Shown piece after piece: positions 9,070-18,474 of a DNA stretch of 64,000 nt; positions within the stretch are counted from its first letter, which is position 1, and each line of letters starts with the position of its first letter. The position numbers were made by a program, and so were the translations under genes. The stretch is from Polyangiaceae bacterium (lineage in GTDB: Bacteria > Myxococcota_A > Polyangia > Polyangiales > Polyangiaceae), in contig JBILLK010000024.1 in NCBI GenBank assembly GCA_044376115.1, positions 64,001 to 128,000 of the forward strand, written 5' to 3'. The notes below the pieces were generated by a model that worked only from the letters and a program-made list of their open reading frames with translations, was not told the DNA's origin and searched no databases.

Positions 9070-9437
9070 CAGACCGCCCCTTGCATCGCTTGCACGCGCG
9101 CAGCGAAGCTGAGCGCATCGGCGCGCAACGCACCGCTGGCCGCGCCGCTCGCGCCCACCAGCACCGCGGTGGAAGCGCCGTCGATATCGGCGAAGGCCAA
9201 CGTCGCCAGGTCGCCTTCGATCAGCACGGTGCGCAAAGCGCCGCAGCCCAGCTCGGCGCAAACGCGGTCGAGCAAATCACGCGCGGGTACGGCGAGGGCC
9301 ACCGCCGCCTTGGCGATCTCCGGTGCCAACGCCTCCGAGACGCGGACCTTGCCGCTCGGCTCCACGACCAACGCGGCGACGACCTCGCTGTTGTTGCGGT
9401 TGAGCTCGCGAAAAGTCGCCTCTGTAAGGTTTGTCAT
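9069..9437 (-). CDS. Roadblock/LC7 (MglB-like) domain protein
   Basis: About 122 aa; EVVAALVVEPSG...AELGCGALRTVLIEGDLATL...AVLVGASGAASGALR is the typical Roadblock pattern. Alternative ATG at 9449. Confidence 0.8.
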   Translation of the reverse strand: MTNLTEATFRELNRNNSEVVAALVVEPSGKVRVSEALAPEIAKAAVALAVPARDLLDRVCAELGCGALRTVLIEGDLATLAFADIDGASTAVLVGASGAASGALRADALSFAARVQAMQGAV

Positions 9438-9560
9438 AGGTTTGCACATACGTTGGGCAAGCCAACCCCAAGTTCAAGGAGGTCGCTTGCAACAGAGCGT
9501 TCAACGGCAGTCCGGGGGCGGCTTCCGATGCGGCGACTGCAATGCTCCAATGAGGGCCTC

Positions 9561-10193
9561 ATGGAGATGCTGATCTTCTTCGCCGTGCTCTTGGGGATCA
9601 TGGCGATCGTCATCGTGGTCGTGCTCAAGAAGGGCCCCGAGTGGGCTGCTGCTGCTCGCAAAGCGCACGTGGAGAAGTGGACGCCCTACGCTCAAGCCCG
9701 CGGCTTTGCCATCGCGGTCGACGAGACCTCACGTTTCGGCGCGAACGTCGTCAAGCTCCAAGGCCAATTCGAGGGGGTCCCGATCGTGATCGACTCGTAT
9801 TCGGTCGAGCACACCGACTCCGATGGGCACCGCAGCAGCGAGACGTTCACCCGGGTGAACGCGCGAGCCTCCGCGCCGCTCGCGCTTCGCGCCTCGTTCT
9901 ATCGCGAGCACGCGCTCTCCGGACTCGGATCGCTGCTTGGCTTCCAGGACGTGAAGCTCGGTGACCCAGCGTTTGACGCGGCCTTCGTGGTCAAGGCCAG
10001 CGACGAGGGCGCCGTCCGCTACCTCTGTCACCCCGGCGTTCGGCAGGCGCTTTTGGCGCTACCCAAGCCGGTGCGCAGCTCGTACGAACAGGGCGTGATC
10101 GAGATTTCGTGGAAGGGCCTCGAGACCGAGCCAACCATGTTCGACGCGGCCTGCCGTGTCGCGAGCGCGCTCGCCACGCCCGCGCGCGGGTAA
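9561..10193 (+). CDS. Single-pass membrane protein of unknown function
   Basis: N-terminal TM helix MLIFFAVLLGIMAIVIVVVL; GFQDVKLGDPAFDAAFVV motif; GC3-rich. Confidence 0.75.
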   Translation: MEMLIFFAVLLGIMAIVIVVVLKKGPEWAAAARKAHVEKWTPYAQARGFAIAVDETSRFGANVVKLQGQFEGVPIVIDSYSVEHTDSDGHRSSETFTRVNARASAPLALRASFYREHALSGLGSLLGFQDVKLGDPAFDAAFVVKASDEGAVRYLCHPGVRQALLALPKPVRSSYEQGVIEISWKGLETEPTMFDAACRVASALATPARG

Positions 10194-10243
10194 GCGGCCC
10201 CCTCTTCGCCGACCCGCGCTCGTGCTAATCAGCGGCCACCATC

Positions 10244-12727
10244 ATGAGCGAGACCAACGACTCTCGAAACGAGCCCAAGAAATTCGACCACGCCGAGGTC
10301 GAGCCGCGCTGGCAAAAGCACTGGGAAGAGACCCAGCCGTTCGCTGCCAAGCGCCGCCCGGGACGCAAGAAGCGCTACATCCTGGATATGTTCCCGTACC
10401 CCTCGGGCGCGGGGCTGCACGTGGGCCACCCCGAGGGCTACACCGCGACCGACATCATCGCGCGTTTCGCGCGTATGCGCGGGGAAGACGTGCTCCACCC
10501 GATGGGCTGGGACTCCTTCGGTCTGCCGGCCGAGCAATACGCCATTCAAACCGGCACCCACCCGGCGACCACCACCGCCGGCAACATCAACACCTTCCGC
10601 CGTCAGCTCAAGATGCTCGGCTTCAGCTACGACTGGTCTCGCGAGCTGGCCACCACCGATGAAGAGTACGTGCGCTGGACGCAGTGGATCTTCCTCAAGC
10701 TGTTTCACCGCGGCCTCGCCTACCAAGATGAGATCCCGGTCAATTGGTGTCCGGCGCTCGGCACCGTACTAGCCAATGAAGAAGTGGTAGACGGCCTCTC
10801 CGAGCGCGGCAATCACCCGGTGGTGCGCGCGCCTTTGCGCCAATGGATGCTAAAAATAACCGCCTATGCCGATCGGCTGGCCGCGGACCTGAGCAAGGTC
10901 AATTGGCCGGACGGCACCTTGCGTATGCAACACGAGTGGATCGGTCGCAGCGAGGGCGCGGAGATCAAGTTCGCGGTGGCCGGCCATGAAGGCTCCACCA
11001 TCTCGGTCTTCACCACCCGACCGGACACGCTGATGGGCGTCACCTATGTGGTCTTGGCGCCCGAGCACGCGCTCGTCAGCGTGGTCACCACGGAGGCCAA
11101 CAAGGCCGAGGTCGACGCCTACGTAAAGAAGACCTCGGCTCGCAGCGACCGCGATCGCATGGCGCAAACCAAGCAAAAGACGGGCGTTGCCACCGGCGCC
11201 TTCGCCGTGCACCCGCTCACCGGCCAGTCGGTCCCCATCTGGGTCGCGGATTACGTGATTGGCACCTACGGCACCGGCGCCGTGATGGCCGTCCCCGGCC
11301 ACGACACGCGCGACTTCGAGTTCGCCAAAGCCTTCTCGCTGCCCATCGTCGAGGTGGTCAGCCCCGACGGCTCGCTGAAAGATTCGCTCGAGGAGGCCTT
11401 CACCGACGACGGCGTGGCGGTGCGCAGCGGCGAGTTCGACGGGCTCACCACCGAGGCCTGCAAGAAGGCCATCGTGCAGGCGCTAATCGCCAAAGAGCGC
11501 GGCTCCAGCAAAGTCACCTACAAGCTGCGTGACTGGGTGTTTTCGCGGCAACGGTATTGGGGCGAGCCGATACCCATCTATTTCCCGGTGGACCTACCGG
11601 AAGGCGGAGATCCGCGTCAGGGCGCCAAAGCGATTGTGCGTTACGACCAGCCGATCGCCGTCAAGGAGGAGGAGCTGCCGTTGCGCCTGCCCAACCTCGC
11701 CGACTACAGGCCCGGCGATGATCCGGCCGGACCGCTGGCCCGCGCCCTCGATTGGCGCTTCTTCGAGAAGGACGGCAAGTTCTACGCGCGTGAGACCAAC
11801 ACCATGCCGCAGTGGGCCGGCTCGTGTTGGTACTACCTGCGTTTCATCGACCCGAAGAACCAAGACGCTGCGTGGTCCAAAGAGGCCTACGAAGCGTGGA
11901 TGCCAGTGGACCTCTACGTCGGCGGCGCCGAGCACGCCGTGCTCCACCTTCTGTACTCGCGCTTCTGGCACAAGGTGCTGTTCGACGAGGGCGTGGTCAG
12001 CCACGACGAGCCGTTCACCAAGCTGGTTCACCAAGGGATGATCCTCGGGGAAGACGGCGAGAAGATGAGCAAGGCGCGCGGCAACGTCGTCAACCCCGAC
12101 GACATCGTGAAGGCCCACGGCGCCGACTGCCTGCGGCTGTACGAGATGTTCATGGGCCCGCTGGAGGCGGTGAAGCCCTGGCAGTCCTCGCAGATCCAAG
12201 GCGTGGTTCGCTTCCGCGACCGCGCCTTCAACCTGCTGCAAAAGCCGCTCACCGACGTGCTCGACGATGAGACCAAGCGGCTGATGCACCGCACCATCAA
12301 GAAGGTGACCGACGACATCGAGGCGCTCAGCTTCAACACGGCGATCAGCGCGATGATGGTGTTCTCCAACCACCTATCAACGCTCAACCCGGTGCCCAAA
12401 CAGGCGATCGAGACCTTGGCGTTGATCCTCTCGCCCTTCGCGCCGCACGTCGCCGAGGAGATGTGTCACTTGCTCGGGCGCAACGGCGGTATCGCGACGG
12501 CGGATTGGCCGAGCTACGACGAAGCGCTCACGGTGGATGACGTGATCGAGATGGCGGTGCAGGTGAACGGCAAAGTCCGCGGTCGCATCAAGCTCTCGCG
12601 CACCGCCTCCGAAGATGAAGCTCGCGCAGCCGCCCTCGCCGCAGACGGCGTGGAGTCCTTCATCGCCGGCAAGCCGGTGAAGAAGTTCATCTACGTCGCC
12701 GGGAAGATCGTCAACCTGGTGATCTGA
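10244..12727 (+). CDS. leuS: Leucine--tRNA ligase
   Basis: MFPYPSGAGLHVGH (HIGH), editing domain FTTRPDT/GTGAVMAVP, SRQRYWG, KMSKA (KMSKS variant), VQVNGK. Confidence 0.99.
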   Translation: MSETNDSRNEPKKFDHAEVEPRWQKHWEETQPFAAKRRPGRKKRYILDMFPYPSGAGLHVGHPEGYTATDIIARFARMRGEDVLHPMGWDSFGLPAEQYAIQTGTHPATTTAGNINTFRRQLKMLGFSYDWSRELATTDEEYVRWTQWIFLKLFHRGLAYQDEIPVNWCPALGTVLANEEVVDGLSERGNHPVVRAPLRQWMLKITAYADRLAADLSKVNWPDGTLRMQHEWIGRSEGAEIKFAVAGHEGSTISVFTTRPDTLMGVTYVVLAPEHALVSVVTTEANKAEVDAYVKKTSARSDRDRMAQTKQKTGVATGAFAVHPLTGQSVPIWVADYVIGTYGTGAVMAVPGHDTRDFEFAKAFSLPIVEVVSPDGSLKDSLEEAFTDDGVAVRSGEFDGLTTEACKKAIVQALIAKERGSSKVTYKLRDWVFSRQRYWGEPIPIYFPVDLPEGGDPRQGAKAIVRYDQPIAVKEEELPLRLPNLADYRPGDDPAGPLARALDWRFFEKDGKFYARETNTMPQWAGSCWYYLRFIDPKNQDAAWSKEAYEAWMPVDLYVGGAEHAVLHLLYSRFWHKVLFDEGVVSHDEPFTKLVHQGMILGEDGEKMSKARGNVVNPDDIVKAHGADCLRLYEMFMGPLEAVKPWQSSQIQGVVRFRDRAFNLLQKPLTDVLDDETKRLMHRTIKKVTDDIEALSFNTAISAMMVFSNHLSTLNPVPKQAIETLALILSPFAPHVAEEMCHLLGRNGGIATADWPSYDEALTVDDVIEMAVQVNGKVRGRIKLSRTASEDEARAAALAADGVESFIAGKPVKKFIYVAGKIVNLVI

Positions 12728-12767
12728 GCCAGCAACGTTGGGCCGCTTGCCGTGAAGGTGTAACGCC

Positions 12768-13565
12768 GTGCTGGCCAAGAGCGCACGAGACTTTCATTCG
12801 GCGCCGTTGGGCGCCTTCACCGCAGGTGAGAGCTGGCTCTATTTTGCGTTCGAACGTGGCCCCCACGGCTACTCGCTTTGGGGGACGCCCAGCGCCGAGG
12901 ATATGCAGAGGCTGGCTGGCGTCCTCGAGAACGAGCTTGTGCGTGAACCGCCTCACACAGGGCTTGTCGACCTGCGCCACCTCGAGGGGGTTCGGCCCGC
13001 CACGTTCGCCGTGTTGGAGCGCTACACGGCGACCCACGGCGCGCGCCTACGAGAGATCGTGACGCATACCGCGATGGTCCGCCCGACGGGCTTGGTCGGG
13101 GTCATGGCGGAGGGCTTCTTCCGGATCGTCAAGCCGCCATTCGAGCTCTCCTACTGGACGCGAATCGAGGACGCCCTCGAGCGCGTTGGCCATCCTGATC
13201 CCGTGCATGGGGCGGCCGAGCTGGAGCAGGCACGCGCGACCGTCACTGGCCGCTCCCCACTGATGCTGAAACTGGCGACCTACCTCGAGAAGCACCTCGC
13301 AGATCCGAACATCGAAGAGGCCGCGCGTGCATGTGGCGTGTCGGTGCGCACCCTGCAACGTCAGCTCTCGGTGGAGGCCACTACCTTTGCGCGGGAGGCG
13401 ATGAGCCTGCGCATCCGTAGGGCCAAAATGCTGCTGCACGAGAGCGATGAGCCGATCACCGCCCTCGCGCTCGGCCTTGGGTTCGCTACCGCTCAGCACT
13501 TCAGCGAGGTGTTCAAGCGGGAGGTTGGAACCACGCCGAATTCGTTTCGGGCTCGGCGGAGCTGA
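12768..13565 (+). CDS. AraC-family regulator with N-terminal STAS/SEC14 (SpoIIAA)-like sensor domain
   Basis: C-terminal double HTH (ARACGVSVRTLQRQL...LGFATAQHFSEVFKREVGTTPNSFR); N-terminal LVDLRHLEG...AMVRPTGLVG pattern. Confidence 0.9.
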   Translation: MLAKSARDFHSAPLGAFTAGESWLYFAFERGPHGYSLWGTPSAEDMQRLAGVLENELVREPPHTGLVDLRHLEGVRPATFAVLERYTATHGARLREIVTHTAMVRPTGLVGVMAEGFFRIVKPPFELSYWTRIEDALERVGHPDPVHGAAELEQARATVTGRSPLMLKLATYLEKHLADPNIEEAARACGVSVRTLQRQLSVEATTFAREAMSLRIRRAKMLLHESDEPITALALGLGFATAQHFSEVFKREVGTTPNSFRARRS

Positions 13566-13571
13566 GGCTGT

Positions 13572-13630
13572 TTGGCGCGCTGACGAACACCGTTGGCGCC
13601 CACACGAACGACGGGGACCAACAAACGAAG
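13572..13630 (+). promoter_or_regulatory. Direct repeats with 21-bp period, probable AraC-family operator
   Basis: TTGGCGC-N4-ACGAAC at 13572 and 13593, with a third ACGAAG at 13625. Lies between the AraC gene and the next gene. Confidence 0.65.
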
Positions 13631-13633
13631 CAA

Positions 13634-14290
13634 ATGGTCCGCATGAACCGCTTCACTCCGTCCTCCGTAGATGCGTTATCACGCATCAGCGCTCTCCTCT
13701 CGACGCTCTGTCTTTCATTCGCCGTCCCCGCGTTAGCAGCCGCGGAGGAGGAGCCGGCCTCTCCGGAACCCGAGGTCCAGCAGGCGGAGCCGCTGCCGCA
13801 ACAAACCCAGCGCGCACCGGCGGAAGCCGACTGGTATCCGGCGCGAGAGCAGGCCACCGTGCCGCGGGACCGCCGCGGCCGCGAGAGGCTGACGTTCCCC
13901 GCTGAACCGGACCTCGCCGCACCGGAAGGTTACGAGCTCGCGTTCCGTCCGCTGAAAGGCCTCATCTATGGCGGGGTCGGCGCGCTCGGGGGTGGCTACG
14001 CGATGAGCTTGGTCGTCAGCGGCTTCGACTACCTGGGCAGTCACGGTGAGGGTCCGACGCCCATGCTCTACATCCCCGTAGCCGGGCCCGTCATCGCGGC
14101 CGCACTCGACCCGGACAGCCTCGCGACCGGGTTCTACGTCGCGTCAGGCATCATCCAGAACGCCGGCCTCGCGATGATGATCATCGGTGCGACCATCGAG
14201 CGGCCGGTGTTCACCGCCATCGACATCGGCGCGCAGCCGGTCAACATCGGCTTTGGGCCAGGCACCATCACGTTCTCCGGCGAATTCTAG
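13634..14290 (+). CDS. Secreted/envelope protein with hydrophobic hairpins and C-terminal beta-hairpin ending in Phe
   Basis: Signal peptide (AVPALA), Pro/Glu linker, YIPVAGP motif, ends GPGTITFSGEF. Confidence 0.75.
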   Translation: MVRMNRFTPSSVDALSRISALLSTLCLSFAVPALAAAEEEPASPEPEVQQAEPLPQQTQRAPAEADWYPAREQATVPRDRRGRERLTFPAEPDLAAPEGYELAFRPLKGLIYGGVGALGGGYAMSLVVSGFDYLGSHGEGPTPMLYIPVAGPVIAAALDPDSLATGFYVASGIIQNAGLAMMIIGATIERPVFTAIDIGAQPVNIGFGPGTITFSGEF

Positions 14291-14316
14291 GTTGCGCCGT
14301 TCCCGAACGGGCGAGG

Positions 14317-16416
14317 TTACTTGAAGACGAAGTACTCGACCACCAGCACCGCGACCATCAGCGCGATGAAGCCGAGCGCCAAAGCTCGGCTGCGCGACGG
14401 CGCGGGCGTATGCGCAATCGCAGCCGGCGGGCGATAGGTGGGTAGCTCGGAGGAATAGGCCGGTAAAACCTGGGCCTCTTCCTGCAACTCCACGCTCGGC
14501 GTCACGACCGGCGGCTCGAGCTTTAGCTCTTGCGTGACCAACAGCGGTGAACTCCGCCGGGACTCAGCGACCGCAGCTTGCTCCTGCAAGAGGACGAGCG
14601 ACGCATCGGGCTGGCTCGGTACGCGCTCGGACTGCGGCTCGAGTTCGGGCTTGGAAGCACGCCGCTCGCGCTCATCCGGGCGGCTTGGCTCGCGTGCCTC
14701 GGGGTAGCTCCCAGGACGGGCGAGAACGACCTCAGGGTTGCTCCCGGGACGCCCAACCACGACCTCAGGGTTGCTCCCGGGACGCCCGAGCTCGGGGCTG
14801 CTCCCGGGACGCCCAACCACGACCTCAGGGCTGCTCCCGGGACGCCCAAGCTCGGGGCTGCTCCCGGGACGCCCAACCACGACCTCAGGGTTGCTCCCAG
14901 GGCGCCCGAGCTCGGGGCTGCTACCAGGCCGCCCAAGCACGACCTCAGGGTTGCTCCCAGACCGCTGCGCCGGCGCCGATGTGGAAGGGACGATCGGCTC
15001 GACCTCCATCACCAAGGTACCTTTGCGAATCGGCGCCTCGACCTCCATCACCAAGGTGCCCTTGGCGGGCGCGCGCGTGGGCTCGGCTTCCTCCACCGCG
15101 GCCGGCGGGGTTGGCGCAGGCTGCGCGACGGGGGTTGCGCCCGCTGGAGGAACGCTGGGCAGAGCTTGCGGGCGAGCCGACGTTGGCGGGGCGATCTGAC
15201 CGAGCAACCCCCAAAGGTCGTCGAGCCCGTCGAGATCCAAGCCGAACGCGAGCTCCGACGGATCCGCCGTGGGCGCCTCCGGATCAAAGCGACGAGCCTC
15301 ACTCCCCGACCGAGTCGGAGCAGAGCTAGGCCGAGCCTGAACGGCGATCTCAGTGGGGAATTGGCTTGGCCCAACCACCCCGATCGCACGAGCCTCCTTG
15401 TGCTCGTTCAACAGCAGCCAGGAGGCCAACGCCGCGCGCATCGCTCGCGCCGTCGGGTAACGGTCCTCGATGTTGAATCGCAGCGCCTTATCGACCACGT
15501 CAGCGAAGCCTGCGGGCACCTCCGACGCGACCGAACGCAACGACGGCGCGGGCTTGGTCGCGACGGCCAGCGCCAACTCCCCACCCGAGAGCGAACCGTG
15601 CGGCGGCCTACCTGCGACGAGCGAGAACAGCGTTGCTCCAACCGAATAAACGTCGCTCGCCGGGCCCACCGCATCCCAGCGACAGAGCGCTTGCTCCGGC
15701 GCCATATAGGCCGGCGTGCCGAGGCTGGCCGAATTGGTCGTGAGCCGTGCAACCTTCTTGCGCACGCCTGCGTCCGCCCAGCCACCGTCGAAGGCCGCAT
15801 GGGACACGCCGAAGTCGAGCACCTTGAGCTCACCTTCGATCGTGAAGAAGAGGTTGTCCGGCTTAACGTCGCGATGCACTACGCCCATCAAGTGGGCTTC
15901 CTCGAGCACGTCCAACAGCGAAAGCCCGATCGATGCGCAGTAACTCACATCGAGACGCCGGCCTTTGGTTTTGCGCGCGAGTTCACCGACGGTGCAGCCC
16001 TCGAGCAGCTCCATCACGAAGTAGACGATGCCATCCTCGGTCTCGTCGTCATCGAGGATCGCCGCGACGCCCTTGGAGAAGCGATTGGCTACGTAGGCCT
16101 CGCGCAGGAAGCGCGCGCGACAGGTGGCGTCCTTGGCCAGCTCCGGGTGCAACATTTTGATCGCCCCGCGAAAGCCGTTGCGGTGGGTGGCGGTGAACAC
16201 CATCCCCATACCGCCGATCCCAAGCACCTCATCGAGCCGCCATTTGCCCTTGAGCACGCGCCCAACGAGCCCAAGCGCCCGATCCAGCCGCGCCGTCCGC
16301 CGCGAAGCACCGTGAGAATTGCCGCGCGCTCCCTTGCCGAGCCCAAGCACAGTATGTCCGGGAGGCAACCTCGACGGAGACGAGCTGGGAGACGGAGAAC
16401 TCGCGGAATCCACCAC
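14317..16416 (-). CDS. Ser/Thr protein kinase with long repetitive linker and C-terminal TM anchor
   Basis: GIGGMG, AIK, HRDVKPDN, DFG, GTPAYMAPE; C-terminal ALALGFIALMVAVLVV. Confidence 0.95.
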   Translation of the reverse strand: MVDSASSPSPSSSPSRLPPGHTVLGLGKGARGNSHGASRRTARLDRALGLVGRVLKGKWRLDEVLGIGGMGMVFTATHRNGFRGAIKMLHPELAKDATCRARFLREAYVANRFSKGVAAILDDDETEDGIVYFVMELLEGCTVGELARKTKGRRLDVSYCASIGLSLLDVLEEAHLMGVVHRDVKPDNLFFTIEGELKVLDFGVSHAAFDGGWADAGVRKKVARLTTNSASLGTPAYMAPEQALCRWDAVGPASDVYSVGATLFSLVAGRPPHGSLSGGELALAVATKPAPSLRSVASEVPAGFADVVDKALRFNIEDRYPTARAMRAALASWLLLNEHKEARAIGVVGPSQFPTEIAVQARPSSAPTRSGSEARRFDPEAPTADPSELAFGLDLDGLDDLWGLLGQIAPPTSARPQALPSVPPAGATPVAQPAPTPPAAVEEAEPTRAPAKGTLVMEVEAPIRKGTLVMEVEPIVPSTSAPAQRSGSNPEVVLGRPGSSPELGRPGSNPEVVVGRPGSSPELGRPGSSPEVVVGRPGSSPELGRPGSNPEVVVGRPGSNPEVVLARPGSYPEAREPSRPDERERRASKPELEPQSERVPSQPDASLVLLQEQAAVAESRRSSPLLVTQELKLEPPVVTPSVELQEEAQVLPAYSSELPTYRPPAAIAHTPAPSRSRALALGFIALMVAVLVVEYFVFK
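14697..14960. repeat. Intragenic tandem repeat of alternating 33-bp and 27-bp units (60-bp period)
   Basis: gacctcagggttgctcccgggacgccc / gagctcggggctgctcccgggacgccc repeated; encodes RPGS[SN]PEVVVG / RPGSSPELG. Confidence 0.95.
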
Positions 16417-16550
16417 GGTGAGGCTCTACACCAAGGCGCGGCACGCATGAAGCACGTTCCGCGACGAGGGATAGACGAACGGCCCGCAGGGAAAGCGAGC
16501 CATTCGTCAGCCAAAGGGTCGGCACGTGGTCGTTGCTTCGAGGTGCGAAC

Positions 16551-17831
16551 TCAGCTCGCTTCGCCGAGTAGCTGCGCCATCGCCGGAGCAACCACCTCGC
16601 GCATGCCACGCAGCCGCTCGCGCAGCGCTTCCTTCGCACTCAGCCGGCCGTGCGCGCGCAGCGCTTCATTGTGCGACAGTGCCTCGCTTTGCTCCGCGTT
16701 CGCGCACGCCTGCTCGAGATCGTGCGTGCTCTCGATGAAGGCGCGGTGAGCCGCCGTGCGCACCGAGTCTCCCCCGGTTGCGATCGCCCAAGCCACCACC
16801 GAGTAGGCCAACGCCGCGTGTTCAGCCTCTTCCGCCGCAATGCGCGTAAGCACCTCGCGCACCACCGGATCGGTCGCGGCGTCGCGTTGCGCATCGGCGA
16901 CGAGAGCAGCCAGCGTCTCTCCACAACAGCCCTCGCGCACAGCCGCCGCAGCCAGCTCCTCGAGCGAACCGGCGAGCACCAAGCGCGCAGCCTCAGGCAA
17001 CGTCGAAGGACCGACCGGCTGACCGAGGTAGCTCGAGGCCAACGCGAAGCCCGCCTGCGCATGCCGAATCTCGTCGGCCGCCGCGCGATGCGTGCGCTCA
17101 ATCAAATCCGCCGGCGCACCAAACACCAACAGCTCGAGCGCGAGCTTGCCGAAGCTGGCGATGCTGGCGTGTTCGTACGCTGCATCATGAGCCCATTCGC
17201 GGCCGAGTTGCGCGCGGAGCTCCGGCGAAAGGCTCGACAAATCGGGCGCGAGACCCGCCGCCTCCCAACGTCGATCGCCCACGCGCAGAGGCGCTACACG
17301 AGCTTGATTCTCGACCATGAAGGGACGTCCGATCGCAGCGCACTCACCTGCGTTGGGAGCCGTGACGTTGACCTGATAACAACAGGTGCCGTTCACCTCG
17401 GTGGGCCCGGAGATCCATTCGGTCACGAGCTCGAGCTGATCGGTACAGGAGCCGAACACGGTGACAGCTTCGGCCGCCGGTGGGCAAGGTGGCACCCCAA
17501 AGAAGCAACGCTCCACGCCGTTCATGCCAGAGCCCGAAGACCCACCTGCGCCGGCCATGCCGCCTTGACCGCCGGCGTTGCCGCCACCCGCAGCGCCTTG
17601 ACCGCCCTCCCCGCCTTGACCGCCCGCAGCGGCACCACCGCCGCCCGAGGCCGTCTCACCGCCCCCGCCCGAAGCCGTCTCACCGCCCCCGCCCGAAGCC
17701 GTCTCACCGCCCCCGCCCGAACCGCCGGCTCCCGAGCCGCTACCGCTATCACCACACGCCGCGCTCGCCACCGCCGAGGCAACCAGCAGTTGACGCAACA
17801 GTCCCGTACGAAAAGCCAAACGTTCATTCAT
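16551..17831 (-). CDS. Exported ferritin-like (di-iron) domain lipoprotein
   Basis: Lipobox ASAAC, Gly-rich linker (GGGGETAS x3), Cys-rich segment, GRP motif, then EHASIASF, DEIRH, EGCCGET, EEAEH. Confidence 0.85.
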   Translation of the reverse strand: MNERLAFRTGLLRQLLVASAVASAACGDSGSGSGAGGSGGGGETASGGGGETASGGGGETASGGGGAAAGGQGGEGGQGAAGGGNAGGQGGMAGAGGSSGSGMNGVERCFFGVPPCPPAAEAVTVFGSCTDQLELVTEWISGPTEVNGTCCYQVNVTAPNAGECAAIGRPFMVENQARVAPLRVGDRRWEAAGLAPDLSSLSPELRAQLGREWAHDAAYEHASIASFGKLALELLVFGAPADLIERTHRAAADEIRHAQAGFALASSYLGQPVGPSTLPEAARLVLAGSLEELAAAAVREGCCGETLAALVADAQRDAATDPVVREVLTRIAAEEAEHAALAYSVVAWAIATGGDSVRTAAHRAFIESTHDLEQACANAEQSEALSHNEALRAHGRLSAKEALRERLRGMREVVAPAMAQLLGEAS

Positions 17832-17905
17832 GAGGGCCTCCAAAGTCAGATCGCAATGGTGCCCCCAATTGCGCGCTTAGGCGACTTAAAGCGCGCTTAA
17901 TTGCT

Positions 17906-18376
17906 TCAAACGCGACCGGCCAAAGCGACCCGACGAAGCTCGCGAACTTCCTCGATCAAGCTGAGCGAGTTGACCTCCGGATGAGCTTGCTTCGCTAAGC
18001 GCGGCGCCGCCTCCTCCAACTTCTCGAACACCTCGAAGCGTGAGCGAACGGGGCTCATCATGACGAGCGCGGCCATCGCCGAGCGCACCATCGACATGCG
18101 GAAGCTGCTGCCGGGATGCACGCCCACGTAGAACTCAAAGTACCCAGGAAACAACGAAGCAACCTTGCGAGCTTCAGCGTCGGGAAAGGGCGAGCGCTCG
18201 CCGACATAAGCCAACATGAACATGCGTGAAAAACTCGGCTTGAGCCGCTGCAACGCTTCCAAGATGCGCGTCATCCGCGGGCCGTCAGGTTGGCACGTAC
18301 CTTCCCAGACTTGAACCATCGTGGGTCCAACCATCCCGAATGCGAACCCTGGCTCGACCCAAAGCACCTCAGCCAT
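17906..18376 (-). CDS. Small STAS/SEC14-like protein
   Basis: About 156 aa; PFPDAEARK...GSSFRMSMVRSAM...FEVFEKLEEAA pattern typical of myxobacterial SpoIIAA-like proteins. Start uncertain. Confidence 0.6.
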   Translation of the reverse strand: MAEVLWVEPGFAFGMVGPTMVQVWEGTCQPDGPRMTRILEALQRLKPSFSRMFMLAYVGERSPFPDAEARKVASLFPGYFEFYVGVHPGSSFRMSMVRSAMAALVMMSPVRSRFEVFEKLEEAAPRLAKQAHPEVNSLSLIEEVRELRRVALAGRV

Positions 18377-18474
18377 GAGAGCCTTTAGCGGATCTCCGCC
18401 GCGAAGCTTCAACTACCGTCTCACCCCCTCGCATTGAGCGCCCCTCCAATCGCCGCTATCGTTGCGTATCCGTA

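Noticed and set aside
9446..9504. ECF-like promoter (GAAC...CGT) or TTGAAC repeats upstream of the Roadblock-PYP operon
   Set aside because: Spacing is not convincing and the motifs are short enough to occur by chance.
12062..12076. KMSKA instead of KMSKS in LeuS
   Set aside because: The catalytic Lys is retained; minor variation in this motif is common.
14697..14960. Possible CRISPR array
   Set aside because: Units are 27/33 bp, in frame, without unique spacers, inside a kinase ORF; no cas genes.
16439..16454. Sigma54-like CGGCACGCATGAAGCA on the plus strand
   Set aside because: Correct GG-N10-GC spacing, but poor -12 context and no plus-strand gene downstream.
17640..17720. Gly-rich 15-24-bp tandem repeats (also 22908-22967, 26560-26660)
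   Set aside because: Ordinary flexible linkers following lipoprotein anchors in myxobacteria.
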